A stretch of DNA of 64,000 nucleotides. Source: Heterodontus francisci. Its lineage: Eukaryota. Shown one piece after another: positions 11,456 to 23,800 of this stretch. Below the pieces are notes generated by a model. It was not told the DNA's origin, searched no databases, and was given only the letters and a program-made list of their open reading frames with translations. Each line of letters opens with the position of its first letter. The stretch's first letter is position 1. The position numbers and the translations under genes are program-made. Location of the stretch: the NCBI RefSeq assembly GCF_036365525.1, contig NC_090376.1, positions 38,187,075 through 38,251,074 on the forward strand, written 5' to 3'.

Positions 11456-14400
11456 AGAACAAACAAAGAACAAAGAAAATTACAGCACAGGAACAGGCCC
11501 TTCGGCACTCCAAGCCTGCGCCGATCCAGATCCTCTATCTAAACATGTCGCCTATTTTCTAAGGGTCTGTATCTCTTTGCTTCCTGCCCATTCATGTATC
11601 TGTCTAGATACATCTTAAAAGACGCTATCGTGCCCGCGTCTCTCACCTCCACTGGCAACGCGTTCCAGGCACCCACCACCCTCTGCGTATAGAACTTTCC
11701 ACGCATAACCCCCTAAACTTTTCCCCTCTCACTTTGAACTCGTGACCCCTAGTAATCCCCCACTCTGGGAAAAAGCTTCTTGCTATCCACCCTGTCTATA
11801 CCTCTCATGATTTTGTACACCTCAATCAGGTCCCCCCTCAACCTCCGCCTTTCTAATGAAAATAATCCTAATCTACTCAACCTCTCGTCATAGCTAGCGC
11901 CCTCCATACCAGGAAACATCCTGGTGAACCTCCTCTGCACCCTCTCCAAAGCATCTACATCCTTTTGGTAATGTGATGACCAGAACTGCACGCAGTATTC
12001 CAAATGTGGCCGAACCAAAGTCTGTAACATGACCTGCCAACCCTTGTACTCAATACCCCGTCCGATGAAGGAAAGCATGCCGTATGCCTTCTTGACCACT
12101 CTATTGACCTGCGTTGCCACCTTCAGGGAACAATGGACCTGAACACCCAAATCTCTCTGTACATCAATTTCCCCCAGGACATTTCCATTTACTGTATAGT
12201 TCACTCTTGAATTGGATCTTCCAAAATGCATCACCTTGCATTTGCCCTGATTGAACTCCATCTGCCATTTCTCTGCCCAACTCTCCAGTCTATCTATATT
12301 CTGCTGTGTTCTCTGACAGTCCCCTTCACTATCTGCTACTCCACCAATCTTAGTGTCGTCTGCAAACTTGCTAATCAGACCACCTATACTTTCCTCCAAA
12401 TCATTTATGTATATCACAAACAACATTGTTCCCAGCACGGATCCCTGTGGAACACCACTGGTCACACGTCTCCATTTTGAGAAACTCCCTTCCACTGCTA
12501 CTCTCTGTCTCCTGTTGCCCAGCCAGTTCTTTATCCATCTAGCTAGTACACCTTGGACCCCATGCGACTTCATTTCTCCATCAGCCTACCATGGAGAACC
12601 TTATCAAACGCCTTACTGAAGTCCATGTATATGACATCTACAGCCCTTCCCTCATCAATCAACTTTGTCACTTCCTCAAAGAATTCTATTAAGTTGGTAA
12701 GACATGACCTTCCCTGCACAAAACCATGTTGCCTATCACTGATAAGTCCATTTTCTTCCAAATGGGAATACATCCTATCCCTCAGTATCTTCTCCAGCAG
12801 CTTCCCTACCACTGACGTCAGGCTCACCGGTCTATAATTACCTGGATTTTCCCTGCTATCCTTCTTAAACAAGGGGACAACATTAGCAATTCTCCAGTCC
12901 TCCGGGACCTCACCTGTGTTTAAGGATGCTGCAAATATATCTGTTAAGGCCCCAGCTATTTCCTCTCTCGCTTCCCTCAGTAACCTGGGATAGATCCCAT
13001 CCGGACCTGGGAACTTGTCCACCTTAATGCCTTTTAGAATACCCAACACTTCCTCCCTCCTTATGCCGACTTGACCTAGAGTAATCAAACATCTGTCCCT
13101 AACCTCAACATCCGTCATGTCCCTCTCCTCGGTGAATACCGATGCAAAGTACTCGTTTAGAATCTCACCCATTTTCTCTGACTCCACGCATAACTTTCCT
13201 CCTTTGTCCTTGAGTGGGCCAATCCTTTCTCTAGTTACCCTCTTGCTCCTTATATATGAATAAAAGGCTTTGGGATTTTCCTTAACCCTATTTGCTAAAG
13301 ATATTTCATGACCCCTTTTCGCCCTCTTAATTCCTTATTTCAGATTGGTCCTACATTCCCGATATTCTTTCAAAGCTTTGTCTTTCTTCAGCCTCCTAGA
13401 CCTTATGTATGCTTCCTTTTTCCTCTTAGCTAGTCTCACAATTTCACCTGTCATCCATGGTTCCCTAATCTTGCCATTTCTATCCCTCATTTTCACAGGA
13501 ACATGTTTCTCATGCACGATAATCAACCTCTCTTTAAAAGCCTCTCACATATCAAATGTGGATTTACCTTCAAACAGCTGCTCCCAATCTACATTCCCCA
13601 GCTCCTGCCGAATTTTGGTATAGTTGGCCTTCCCCCAATTTAGCACTCTTCCTTTAGGACCACTCTCGTCTTTGTCCATGAGTATTCTAAAACTTACGGA
13701 ACTGTGATCACTATTCCCAAAGTAGTCCCCTACTGAAACTTCAACCACCTGGCCGGGCTCATTCCCCAACACCAGGTCCAGTATGGCCCCTTCCCGAGTT
13801 GGACTATTTACATACTGCTCTAGAAAACCCTCCTGGATGCTCCTTACAAATTCTGCTCCATCTGGACCTCTAACACTAAGTGAATCCCAGTCAATGTTGG
13901 GAAAATTAAAATCTCCTATCACCACCACCCTGTTGCTCCTACATCTTTCCATAATCTGTTTACATATTTGTACCTCTATCTCACGCTCGCTGTTGGGAGG
14001 CCTGTAGTACAGCCCCAACATTGTTACCGCACCCTTCCTATGTCTGAGTTCTGCCCATATTGCATCACTGCTCAAGTTCTCCATAGTGCCCTCCTTCAGC
14101 ACAGCTGTGATATCCTCTTTGACCAGTAATGCAACTCCTCCACCCCTTTTACCTCCCTCTCTATCCCGCCTGAAGCATCGATATCCTGGGCTATTTAGTT
14201 GCCAATCATGCCCTTCCCTCAACCAAGTCTCAGTAATAGCAATAACATCATACTCTCAGGTACTAATCCAAGCCCTAAGTTCATCTGCCTTACCTACTAC
14301 ACTTCTTGCATTAAAACAAATGCACCTCAGACCACCAGTCCCTTTGCGTTCATCATCTGCTCCCTGCCTACTCTTTCCCTTAGTCACGCTGACTTCATTA

Positions 14401-14634
14401 TCTAGTTCCTTACAGGCTTTAGTTACTACCTCCTTACTGTCCACTGACCTCCTCATTTGGTTCCCATCCCCCTGCCAGATTAGTTTAAACCCTCCCCAAC
14501 AGCGTTAGCAAAAGCACCCCCAAGGACATTGGTTCCAGTCCGGCCCAGGTGTAGACCGTCCAATTTGTAATAGTCCCACCTCCCCCAGAACCGGTCCCAA
14601 TGTCCCAAACATCTGAACCCCTCCCTCCTGCACC
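11456..14634 (-). mobile_element. CR1 LINE with the end of ORF1 (SGNH esterase-like) and full-length but disrupted ORF2 (APE endonuclease + RT)
   Basis: ORF1 end WCRREGFRCLGHWDRFWGRWDYYKLDGLHL. ORF2 motifs CICFNARS, YYRPPN, GDFN, SDH, NYRPVSLTS, GVPQGSVLG, KFADD. Tail of (AAAGAAC) repeats on +. Confidence 0.95.
11749..14456 (-). pseudogene. CR1 ORF2 (endonuclease-reverse transcriptase), several stops and frameshifts
   Basis: ORFs 14256-14456, 13545-14222, 13335-13526, 12570-13187 and 11749-12573 are collinear parts of ORF2. Confidence 0.92.
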
Positions 14635-15965
14635 ATGATGAAATCCTCCATTGTCCACACATAGGTGTGTATAGCATCTGGCAGCTCTGCCAGATGTTCC
14701 CTCACCTTTTGCTGCAGCTGAAACAGGTGCTGTGTTGCTGACCACTCCAGAGGCCTGTCATCAGCCTGGGCTCAGCATGGGCCTGGCCTCCCACAGTCTT
14801 CCGACTGTCAGTGGCCTCGGCTGTCACAGGCTCTGTTATCTTCTTGGTGCGTCTGTGATGTGCTCACCAGTTTGTGACCCTGGATCTGATCGTGAGCACA
14901 TACCCGTCACTGTGAGAGAATCTACGCTGGTGGAGGGTGTGGGGAATGATGTGATGCTGCACCATCTAAGGATCCTTTCTCCTCCTCAGAGGTGGCCGGC
15001 TGGCCCTCGGCCTCTCGAGCTCCTTGTCCTTCAGGTTGACCTTGCCTTCATGAGGGAACACAAACATTGAGATGTTATGGGCTTCCCATTTCCTCATCCC
15101 AACTATGCTGGATGTGAGGTTTCATTTGTCCAGTGGTGGACACATGAGCACTGTACTTGATGTGTGGGTCAGAGGCACCCTTGTGCCCCTGCACGAGTTC
15201 GCTCACTCGCCTGAGATGACACTCCTGTTTCACCATCAGCAATGGAACGACCAGCCTGAGACCCAGCCAGTTCCAGGGCCTCCTTCTTCATCGCAGTCAG
15301 GATCTGCAGGTTTGGAACCCCTCCAGCGGTTTTGGCCCTTTCCCTACAGTTGTGAGCCCATTTCTCCTGCAAGCTGAAGAATGGACACTGTTAGTTTCCC
15401 CATGAAGACCAGCACAACAGCTATGCTGGTGGCAGCCCATTGGCCCATGATGGGGCACACGAATGCCTCCTCCATGTGGCCGTCCTCAAGGGACCTTGTG
15501 GGAGTCACCAATGACTGAAAGGTGCCTCTCACCAAGATGCAGCTATGCATCTGAGAGGATGTGCCGCTTCCTGACCCTCTTGCGATTGACTGGGTAGTCA
15601 CTTCCTCCCCACCAAGTGCATCCTCTTGTATTGCCACATGTAAGCCCCAAAAAGGAAAGTGGTATGGAGTGCTCACCTTGGTAGAGCAAAGGAGGTCATT
15701 GACATATTTGCGGCACTGCACCCAGGTTTGTGGGGAGGTGACCCCCACGGCTGTTAACCTCCTCTGCAATCGCAGTCCAGGCTTGCTTGGTCAGGCGGGT
15801 CAGTCTCTTCTTCCCATCGCTTGGGAAGAGGATGTCCCCCCACTGCCCTTGCGGCCTGGAAGAGAATCTGCAGGGAGGCATCACTAAACTGTGTGGCCTT
15901 TCAGGGTATTCCTTCTGCCATGGTTGCTGCAGGCTCCCGTTCAGCTCCTTAGATGTCAGCTGCAG

Positions 15966-16058
15966 TCAGGCAGCAAGAGGGGTCTTGAGGCCAGTCAGAC
16001 AGGCAGAGGGGTCTTGAGGTCACAGGCAACAAGAGGGGTCTTCAGACCAGGCAGCAAT
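15966..16058 (+). repeat. Short imperfect tandem repeat (about 3 copies of caggcarcaagaggggtctt) inside the Harbinger
   Basis: agaggg(g)gtctt recurs three times at roughly 25-30 nt spacing. Confidence 0.7.
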
Positions 16059-18434
16059 GTATGCAGGGCAGGCAGCCCTTTAAGTATGGTGCCAACACCT
16101 GCTGTGGATTCAGCTGATGCTGCCATTGGCACCTTGTTCCCCACCTCTGCTCTTTAATTGGACAGGCCCTGTACTTCCCCTAATTGGCCGGCTGCCACGT
16201 GGTCACATTCGGCCGGCTGCTGGATGCCCAAGCAAAAGTGGCACCCATTTCTGGTTCTGCCACTGGGACCTGCAGCCATGCAATAAAATTCAGCCCTATG
16301 TGTAATCACTCTGCTTTAGACCAGCCATGTGCCTGAATTGTTGAAGCGATGTTATCGTTAATCGTAACTAAAGTACTTGGAAGCCCAATCTTGTATAGGT
16401 CATATTAATATCTCAAATTATTAATCTTACTTTTAAATAACTAAGTGATATTAACTGTGATGTAAAATAGGTAAGTACACCAAGTAATGCAGCTAACTTT
16501 CCATACAGCAGTCAAGGAATGTTTTACAGCTGTTGTAAAAATAGTAATACAGTGAGTAAAGCAAGTCAGACTTTTTTTTGGCTAGAGTGCATCTTCAAAT
16601 GCTGTTGATAAGAGTTTGGTGGTACTCATAGGTTTTGTGTGAATCTGCCTTCCAGATGAGCTGCGGCATATCTAATATTCCATTCTACACTCACAAACAC
16701 TGTTGTGTTGAATAATTGAAGTAGCTGAATGTTTTCATTGATTTATCATGCACCACGTTTAGAATGCATCCACAATTTGTACAATCAGTGCCTGCTATAA
16801 AGCCATATGCTTAGGCGTTGTCCTGTTTTTATTTTAATTCTGCCAAAATCACATATATTAAACAGTGAAGGCAAGACTCCTTGATGCAGAATAACATTTT
16901 TCTATTCTGCTTCATACAACAGAATTTTTACTTGTCAGGATTTTAGAAAAGAACATTTCCTCATACTGTTTATAGAAATATGAGAAGTGCTGTCATACAA
17001 TATTGGAATACATATTGGAAAAAAAGACCCATACTATTTGGTGGAGGGATTACAATGTAGTATGAAATGGATTCCTAGTTATTGCGGTGAAAAACTTGTG
17101 TCCAGTACATAAACTGATCACCTTTAAAATGAATTTTAAGAACAATACTCATTAAAGTCTAATGTTCTTGATCATTTTGCGGTATATTCAATAACCACTA
17201 TCAAAGGCTAATGTTGCATACAACACTGACTGAACATGGAGATTATGATTCTGAGCAGTGTTAGGTGTCTGAATCAAACTTGAACATTTAAAATATTTTG
17301 CTGAGGGCAAAGAGGTTACCAACCTCATGTTCTTGGCTCCCTTTTCCATACCACTCCAAATGCCAAGGATTAAGGCAATTCCACTGGAGCATGAGTGAAT
17401 AGAAAAGTCCTTGTTATATCAGCAGCCGAGAGTAACATTGCTTAGAGTTATTTATTTTTGCACCTTAAATGGTTGAAAGAGTGACACTTTTATGGGCTAC
17501 TTGGGAACTTGGCTTGTTGTGCATTACCTTCATTATTTGTTGCCCAAGAGCGGTAACTTACACATAGGCCATCATTATTTGTCAGAACAACATTAATAAA
17601 ATGTTTATAGCTGATCCCCTCTTATATTTTTATACTGCTAGTCAACATTCAAGTGGTCAGCCACTTATAAAATAAGGGGCTGTCTTTATAACAGTTTTGT
17701 ATGCCTATGTTTGTTTGCAATGTTTACATTTTCCAGAATAAAATCACCACATATTTCTGCAAGGTTTCTTGAATCTTGAGTGTACAAATCTTTCAGTATT
17801 TTAAAGCTTTCGATCATATTGAATAAAATAGAAAAACTGCAACATGTAAACACTCAGGAAAGGTGACTTCTTTCAGCAACAAACATTAAACAATGCTGTT
17901 GAAGGTTTTTAAAAATATATGTTTCACTTCCTGTGGCGTAAGATGTGTTTAGTTTGTTTCATTAATTCTAAGTACAAATAAGACCTTTTATTGGATAAGG
18001 AGAGGACAATTAGCGTTAAAATGCTGAGCAAGGTACAGCTGCAGACCACACAGAGAATAATAGACTGATGAGATGGGTGGTGAGGGATGGAATCCAAACA
18101 ATGTTCTGCCCCTGTAGACTACATTCAGTTTAAGTTAAGTACTACTTAGCCAGACACCATCATGTGAATGTGGAGCCATAAAAGATTCTTATGGATGACT
18201 GTCAGAAACAGACTTATTTAACAGCTCCACGTATAGTGTAGTGTCATTGTTGGGCCTTATGTTTAGGATTAAATTGTTGTGTTTACCTAAGAAGGAAGTT
18301 TGCACCCTTTAGGAACTATATCTTATTTAAAATATGATCAAGCAATTCCAGGTTATGACTGGCTGCCAACTACCATTTCAAATATAATTGAGGATAGTTA
18401 AGCACAATACCTTTACTGGTCATGCTGTGCTTGC

Positions 18435-18555
18435 ACAAAGAAACTGACATTTTAATCATCACACTTAAAAAAACTTGTGGTTCCCTTGTTCCCTCTCTTG
18501 CATTCTGACAAGGGAACCACAGGTTTTTTAAGTGCATGTGTGTCAGTTTCTTTGT
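18435..18555. repeat. Inverted repeat / hairpin
   Basis: ACAAAGAAACTGACA pairs with TGTCAGTTTCTTTGT. CACTTAAAAAAACTTGTGGTTCCCTTGT pairs with ACAAGGGAACCACAGGTTTTTTAAGTG. Loop 18 nt. Confidence 0.9.
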
Positions 18556-18804
18556 CAAGGAAATCGTTTTCTGAAACTTTCTGAAGGTATCATAGAATAG
18601 CTCTAATGCACTAATGTCTGTACTGTAACAACGAATAGAGAACTCAACTTGCAGGCCAGCATTTCAATCATCCAACCTGTCTTCAATTTCACTATTATAG
18701 TAAGCACACTAATAAGTTATTGCTTAAATGAACCTCCTAAGGGAGGTGTAGTGGAATAGAGTATTGATGCATTGTGTCATGGAGTGGTAGAAAGTAAGGC
18801 AGAA

Positions 18805-19108
18805 AAGCATTTCAAGTAACACTTTATCACATCTCTCAAAAATGTCCCAAAGTACTTCATATAGAATGAATTACATTATGCACTTACTGTAGTTATGTGT
18901 CAGCCCTTTTGTCCACAGGGTTCCATAAATAACTAGGAACAGGAAAACAGAGGCATAGTCTAACATAATCTGAAGAAGGTTACCTCTGACAATATAGCAC
19001 TCTCTCAATAGTGCACTAAGAGCCAGGATAGAGACTGCTCAAATCATAGAGTTGGCCTTAAATTCACAACTTTCTTACTCCGAGGCAAATATTCTATCAA
19101 CTGAGATT
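18805..19108 (-). mobile_element. Degenerate tRNA-derived Deu-type SINE (SacSINE1-like) with internal deletion
   Basis: Reverse complement starts CTCAGTTGATAGAATATTTGCCTCGGAGTAAGAAAGTTGTGAATTTAAG (tRNA-like head). The tail resembles those at 28960-29070 and 54085-54250. Confidence 0.6.
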
Positions 19109-19191
19109 AGAAACAGTACATTGCTACTTAAGGGAGAGGGCAAACAGGCATTATTTAGCCACCCCACTTGAATCACACATTGTGCTTCTGA

Positions 19192-19442
19192 ATCATGAAG
19201 TGATCTTCACTCAAAGGATGATGAATCTTTGGAATTCTCTACCCCAGAGGGCTGTGAAGGCTCAGTCATTATGTTCAAGCCAGAGATCGATAGATTTCTA
19301 GGTATTAAAAATATCAAGGGATATGGGGATAGTGCAGGAAAGTGTCGTTGAGGTAGAAGATCAGCCATGATCTAGTCGAATGGCGGAGCAGGCTCAAGGG
19401 GCCGAATGGCCTACTCCTGCTTCTATTTCCGATGTTCCTATG
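19192..19442 (+). mobile_element. CR1 3' end
   Basis: cttcactcaaagg...ctttggaattctctaccccagagggctgtg...gaatggcctactcctgc. Confidence 0.85.
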
Positions 19443-20337
19443 GTGGACAGTTGCTGTGCGGAGCACTGATGTGACCATCTCACCCTCCCAGATGAAGCTG
19501 AATAACTAGATGAAGAAATATGTAAAAAGCTTTGTTGTTTTCCCCAATTATATGGAAACGATACTGGCATGAAATGAGGTTAACTACTAGGATCAGATTA
19601 ATTAAAAAAAGTAAGATCTGTTTGGGCCTATTGGGAGCAGTGAGGGGGTGGGGGTGCTAGGAAATGAGACTTGTTTAAGATGTATGGGAGGGTGGGAGGG
19701 GTAATGTTCAAAAGGCCAGCCTGAGATGCCAAGGGAAGTTCTGCAAATTTACTCCAAGATAAGCAGAAAATATGTTCAGTAAGGTGATGGTGACTAGATT
19801 AGACAAGTGCCTGTCCTTCAACGTAAAGTATATCTCTTCTAGATAGTTAATTGGAGAATAATAAATACCTTCGATTGGTCTAATTGAAAACTTCCAGCAA
19901 CATTTAAACTGTGCAAGCGATGCTGCTAGATGGTCCACATACGAAGTACATAGACTGGTGTTTACTGCAGGTTTGTTGAGAAATAGCATTCAATTGATTA
20001 TTGGAAGATTCTATATCCAGTACAACTAATTACATATCTCAATATGGTTATAATACCTTAACAGGCATTTGCTTTGACTTTTGACCCTTTTACCAGCTTT
20101 CAATGTGTATATTTTCCATTTTGCAACATAGGCAGGAGGAATTTTCTAAGAAGTTTATTGACCAAGTGTCAGGAGGAAGCCAAGAAGTCTTGCTTCTACA
20201 GTCTTTGTATTGTCCCTAATGAGTACTGATGAAATCTATAACCTTGATCTCTGAACTCTGAGGCACCAAGAGGAATGTAGTCAAATTCCCAAACTTCTGT
20301 CCTTCCTCTGCCTTTTCAGCATATTTTTTGAACACAC

Positions 20338-20493
20338 CGGGGCTTTAACTTTTGGCGATAGTATAAATTGGATGATATCGGATCAGTTGCTCATTTTACA
20401 TCTTTCTCAAGGGCAAAATGAGGGAGGTGTATAATGGGAGGCTGACCTGATATCACTCTGACCTTACTCTGGGCACCAGTTAAAATGACTCCC
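20338..20493. mobile_element. Short degenerate palindromic MITE-like element
   Basis: atgatatcggatcagttgctcattttacatct is an imperfect inverse of aggtgtataatgggaggctgacctgatatcac. Ends tttaact / agttaaa. Confidence 0.55.
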
Positions 20494-20654
20494 ACTGTGT
20501 TTATTTGAATGATTTTATAGGTCAACCACTAATACTGAACCTGAGGAAATAATATCTGCTCCATGATAGTTGTCACCATGACAACAGCATCTGTTGATGA
20601 TATATAAATGTTCAGGTGTTTATACTGATTTACAATGGTTATGAGTTCCCCAAA

Positions 20655-20945
20655 GTTTCCAATTTAAAATTCTAATCCTTGTGTTTCATTCCTACATGGC
20701 TTTGCCCCTCCATATTGGTGTGGCTTTGTATTGTCCCAGCCATACAATTCCACCCCCCTCCAGAACTCTGCATTTCTGTGACTCTGGCGTCTTGTGCATC
20801 TCTACTGTCTTTGCACCATCATTGCCTGCTGTGCCTTCAGTTGTTTGCCCTAGAATTTCCTGCCAAAACCTTGCCACCTCCCTTCTCCTTCTTTAACACC
20901 TTTCTTAAAACTAAAGTCTTTGACTAAGGTTTTCTTCAACCTTCC
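20655..20945 (+). mobile_element. L2-type LINE 3' fragment
   Basis: tttaaaattctaatccttgtgtttc...ctagaatttcctg...cttaaaactaaagtctttgac resembles 49020-49300. Confidence 0.65.
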
Positions 20946-20949
20946 TACC

Positions 20950-21393
20950 ATTCACAAGAATGGTTCCGGGGATAACGGACTTCAGTTACGAGGATAGTTT
21001 GGAGAAGCTGGGTTGAGAGGAGATTTGATAGATGTATTCCAAATCATGAGGGGTCTGGATGAAGTAGATAGGGAGAAACTATTCTCATTGGTGGAAGAGT
21101 TGAGAACCAGAGGACACCGATTTAAGGTGAATGTCAAAAGAACCAAAGCAGACATAAGGAAATTTTTTTTTTTGCAGAGTGTTTAGGGTCTGGAATGCAC
21201 TGACTGAGAGTGTGTTGGAGGCAGGTTCAATAGTGGCTTTCAAAAAGGAATTGCAAAATTATCCAAAGAGAAAAAAATTTGCAGGGCCACACAAAAAGGC
21301 TGGGGAGTGGGACTAGCTGAGTTTCTCCTGCAGAAAGCTGGTATGGACACGATGGGCTGAATGGCCTCATTGTTGCTGTAACCATTCTATGAT
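20950..21393 (+). mobile_element. CR1 3' end
   Basis: RGDLIDVFQIMRGLD...RTRGHRFK coding remnant plus 3' UTR. Confidence 0.85.
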
Positions 21394-21411
21394 GTTAATA
21401 CTGAATTATAA

Positions 21412-21980
21412 AATCATAGGATAGTGCAGCACAGAAGGGGGCCACTCGGCCCATTGAGTCTGCACTGGCTCTTTCAAAGTACAATCCATTCCCCATTCTT
21501 TCCTCATATCCATGCAATTGTTTTCTCCTTCAAGTAATTATGCAATTCCCTTTTGAAGCCTACTAGTGAATCTGTATCCACCACCTCAAGAGCTGTACAT
21601 TCCAAATCTTAACCACTCATTGCATAAAAAGAGTTTCTCTTCATGTTGTCTTTGGTTCTTTGTTCATCACCTTAAATCTGTGTCATCTGCTTATTGACTC
21701 TTCAGCCATTGGAAACAGTTTTTCTTTATTTTCTCTACCTAAACCTTTCATGATTTAAACACCTCTGTCAGATCTACTTTTAGTCTTTTCTGCTCTAAGG
21801 AGAACAACCCCAGTTCTCCAGTCTATCTACGTAATTGTAATCTCTCATTCCTGGAACCATTATAGTAAATCTCTTCTGCACTCGCTCCAAAGCCTTCAAA
21901 CCCTTCCTAAAGTGTGGTGTCCAGCATTGGACACAATACACCAGCTGGGGCCTAATTCAATGTTTTATAAAGATTTAACA
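21412..21980 (-). mobile_element. CR1 3' end, tail-to-tail with the previous copy
   Basis: Reverse complement gives RPQLVYCVQCWTPHFRK... and the CR1 3' UTR. Confidence 0.82.
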
Positions 21981-23199
21981 CGTTCTCTGTTCCATTGCAA
22001 AAATATCTCCTTTTTTTGTCTTGTCTTGAGATATTTTTGAAGGAGAGACTAAGCACTAGAGACAAAAGACTTGGTCTCTAAAGGAATCTGGTTGCATGTC
22101 TTGCATGAATTGTTGATTTCTGGCACATTATTGTTGTTTGCATTTTAGGGGTGATTTTTTTATAGATACATAAATATTTTGATGTCTCAGTTCCTGTAAC
22201 ATATGTTTTCTCCCCATTCCTTTCTTACATGCCTGCTATCTCCTTAATCCCAGTTATTTATTGTCTTTTGTCGAGCATATTTAGAGTCAGCCTGTTGCAC
22301 ATTTAAGCTTAATTTACATAAAACCTACACTGCTGTACCAATCAAAATATTGTAGTGGTGAGAAAGGTAAACATGTGCCTGAGCAGGAATGAATGAATTT
22401 GCACCAGCTGCACTCTGCTTCTATGATAAGTACAAAGTGGAGATAAGCAGCATCCCACAATGTAACTGATAATACTGGCAATGATTCAATCCCAATGGAA
22501 CAGCAGTGAAAATTCGCCTGGATTTTTTGCAAAGGGCTCTTCCAGTTTTCCAAATCAAAATATTCTACAGACTATTTTCACTTCCATGTATATGGAATTG
22601 GAGTCTTGTAATAAAAGTGGAGTATGTATGCCTCATTGGGGAATATTTACTCAACTCTTGGCAAAGTCTGGAACTTACAGCTCCAAAAACTCAGTTGTCA
22701 GGCTGCTGTGTTGTAAACTTGTGATGACGCATTTCATTCATACCAGCAGAGTTTAGGAAATTTTTTCAATTTGAAAAATGGAGTGGTAAGTGTTATTGAT
22801 GATTTAATTTATGGCATCAAATCATGGATCATTTTTTAAAAATCTGTTGGAGGTTGACCTCCAAGACTAGACAAAAAGACGAAACTTATGTTGAAATGAC
22901 CTTCGTGAGAGCTCTTTGAAATAATGAAAAATACTCTCATGGTGCAACTACAGTCAAATATATCAACAGTGAAAGGTAAAACCAATATGTAAAGAAGTAG
23001 TTTGGAGTCAGAGAATATTATGCTATTCAAAACTTGAATAAATATTAATTGTGTTTTTATTTGAATTGGGTAAAACGATTTAGTTACATTTTGAAAATAT
23101 TTTTTACTAGATTAATGTGAGATAATTAGACTGTGATCTAAATAGAAATGAGGTAGACTTTATTTGCCAGGACAAAAAAAATGCGTTGAAAGTGTGTGT

Positions 23200-23679
23200 A
23201 CCGTTATAGTAGTGATGGAGCAGCTCTCAGACACAGATGCGGGGAGTCAGTGAGTACATCTGTTGCTGGGACAGGCGAGCTTGTGCTGCAGAGGAGGAGA
23301 GCCCCCTCCCAGCAGCTACTGTAATCGCGCGTCAGTGGGAAAGTCAAAGCTCGGCACATCTGGTACCGTACTGACTGGGAGGAGGGAGCACGGGGTCCTG
23401 CCAAGGGGACACTGGCCAGCCCTCCTTGCTTTCCGACAGGCAGTCAGCAAAGCAAAGCTCACAACCAGCATTGAGTTAGCCATGCTACAAACCATCAGCA
23501 GCTCTGTATCGGTGCAGATCGCAACCAACCTTCACCTCAGGGTCCATCGGCGTATTGAGAGACAGGAATCCAGGGAGTGAGGAGTTGGAAAGTTTGGAGG
23601 GGGTGTTGGGTGGGTGGAGGAAATTCCATGGAGCAGCTGCTGGTTTGGGATCAAGAGCGTTAAATCTTGGGATAAAGGG
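23200..23679 (+). promoter_or_regulatory. Probable alternative promoter and 5' UTR of the RhoGAP exon
   Basis: Abrupt switch from AT-rich to GC/CpG-richer, repeat-free sequence directly upstream of the ATG. TSS not determinable. Confidence 0.55.
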
Positions 23680-23800
23680 ATGGCCCATCGGAAATCAGCG
23701 AGGCACCAACTGAGGAGGTCTTTCAGCGAGCATCTGAAGGACTCCACCGCCAAAGCTTGGGATTTATTGTGGAAAAATGTCAGGGAGCGCCGGCTGGCAG
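23680..23800 (+). CDS. STARD13: Alternative first coding exon of a DLC-family RhoGAP-START gene (STARD13/DLC2 most likely; STARD8 or DLC1 possible)
   Basis: Strong-context gggATGG, then 40 codons MAHRKSARHQLRRSFSEHLKDSTAKAWDLLWKNVRERRLA plus G, then donor GTCAGT at 23801. Matches the recalled family N-terminus LRRSFS(D/E)xx(R/K)DST...WKNxR(D/E)RRLA-EIEAKEACDWL, and the phase-1 G fits the next Glu codon. Family confident, paralog less so. Confidence 0.85.

Larger units (their letters stand above)
11056..16296 (-). mobile_element. Harbinger remnant (spliced Myb/SANT gene on -) split by a 3.2 kb CR1; right TIR present
   Basis: DILFPSDGKKR...AWTAIAEEVNSR, TWVQCRKYVNDLL and next exon EKWAHNCRERAKTAGGVP. 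TIR AAAATTCAGCCC at 16285-16296. Pieces 11056-11455 and 14635-16296. Confidence 0.82.

Noticed and set aside
10843-11508. 221-aa ORF as a novel fusion protein
   Set aside because: Chance read-through across CR1 tail, Harbinger and CR1 junctions; the same applies to 38388-39189, 39625-40203 and 47679-48182.
16440-16480. Consensus donor AG|GTAAGT
   Set aside because: The upstream sequence is AT-rich with stops and shows no coding or promoter support.
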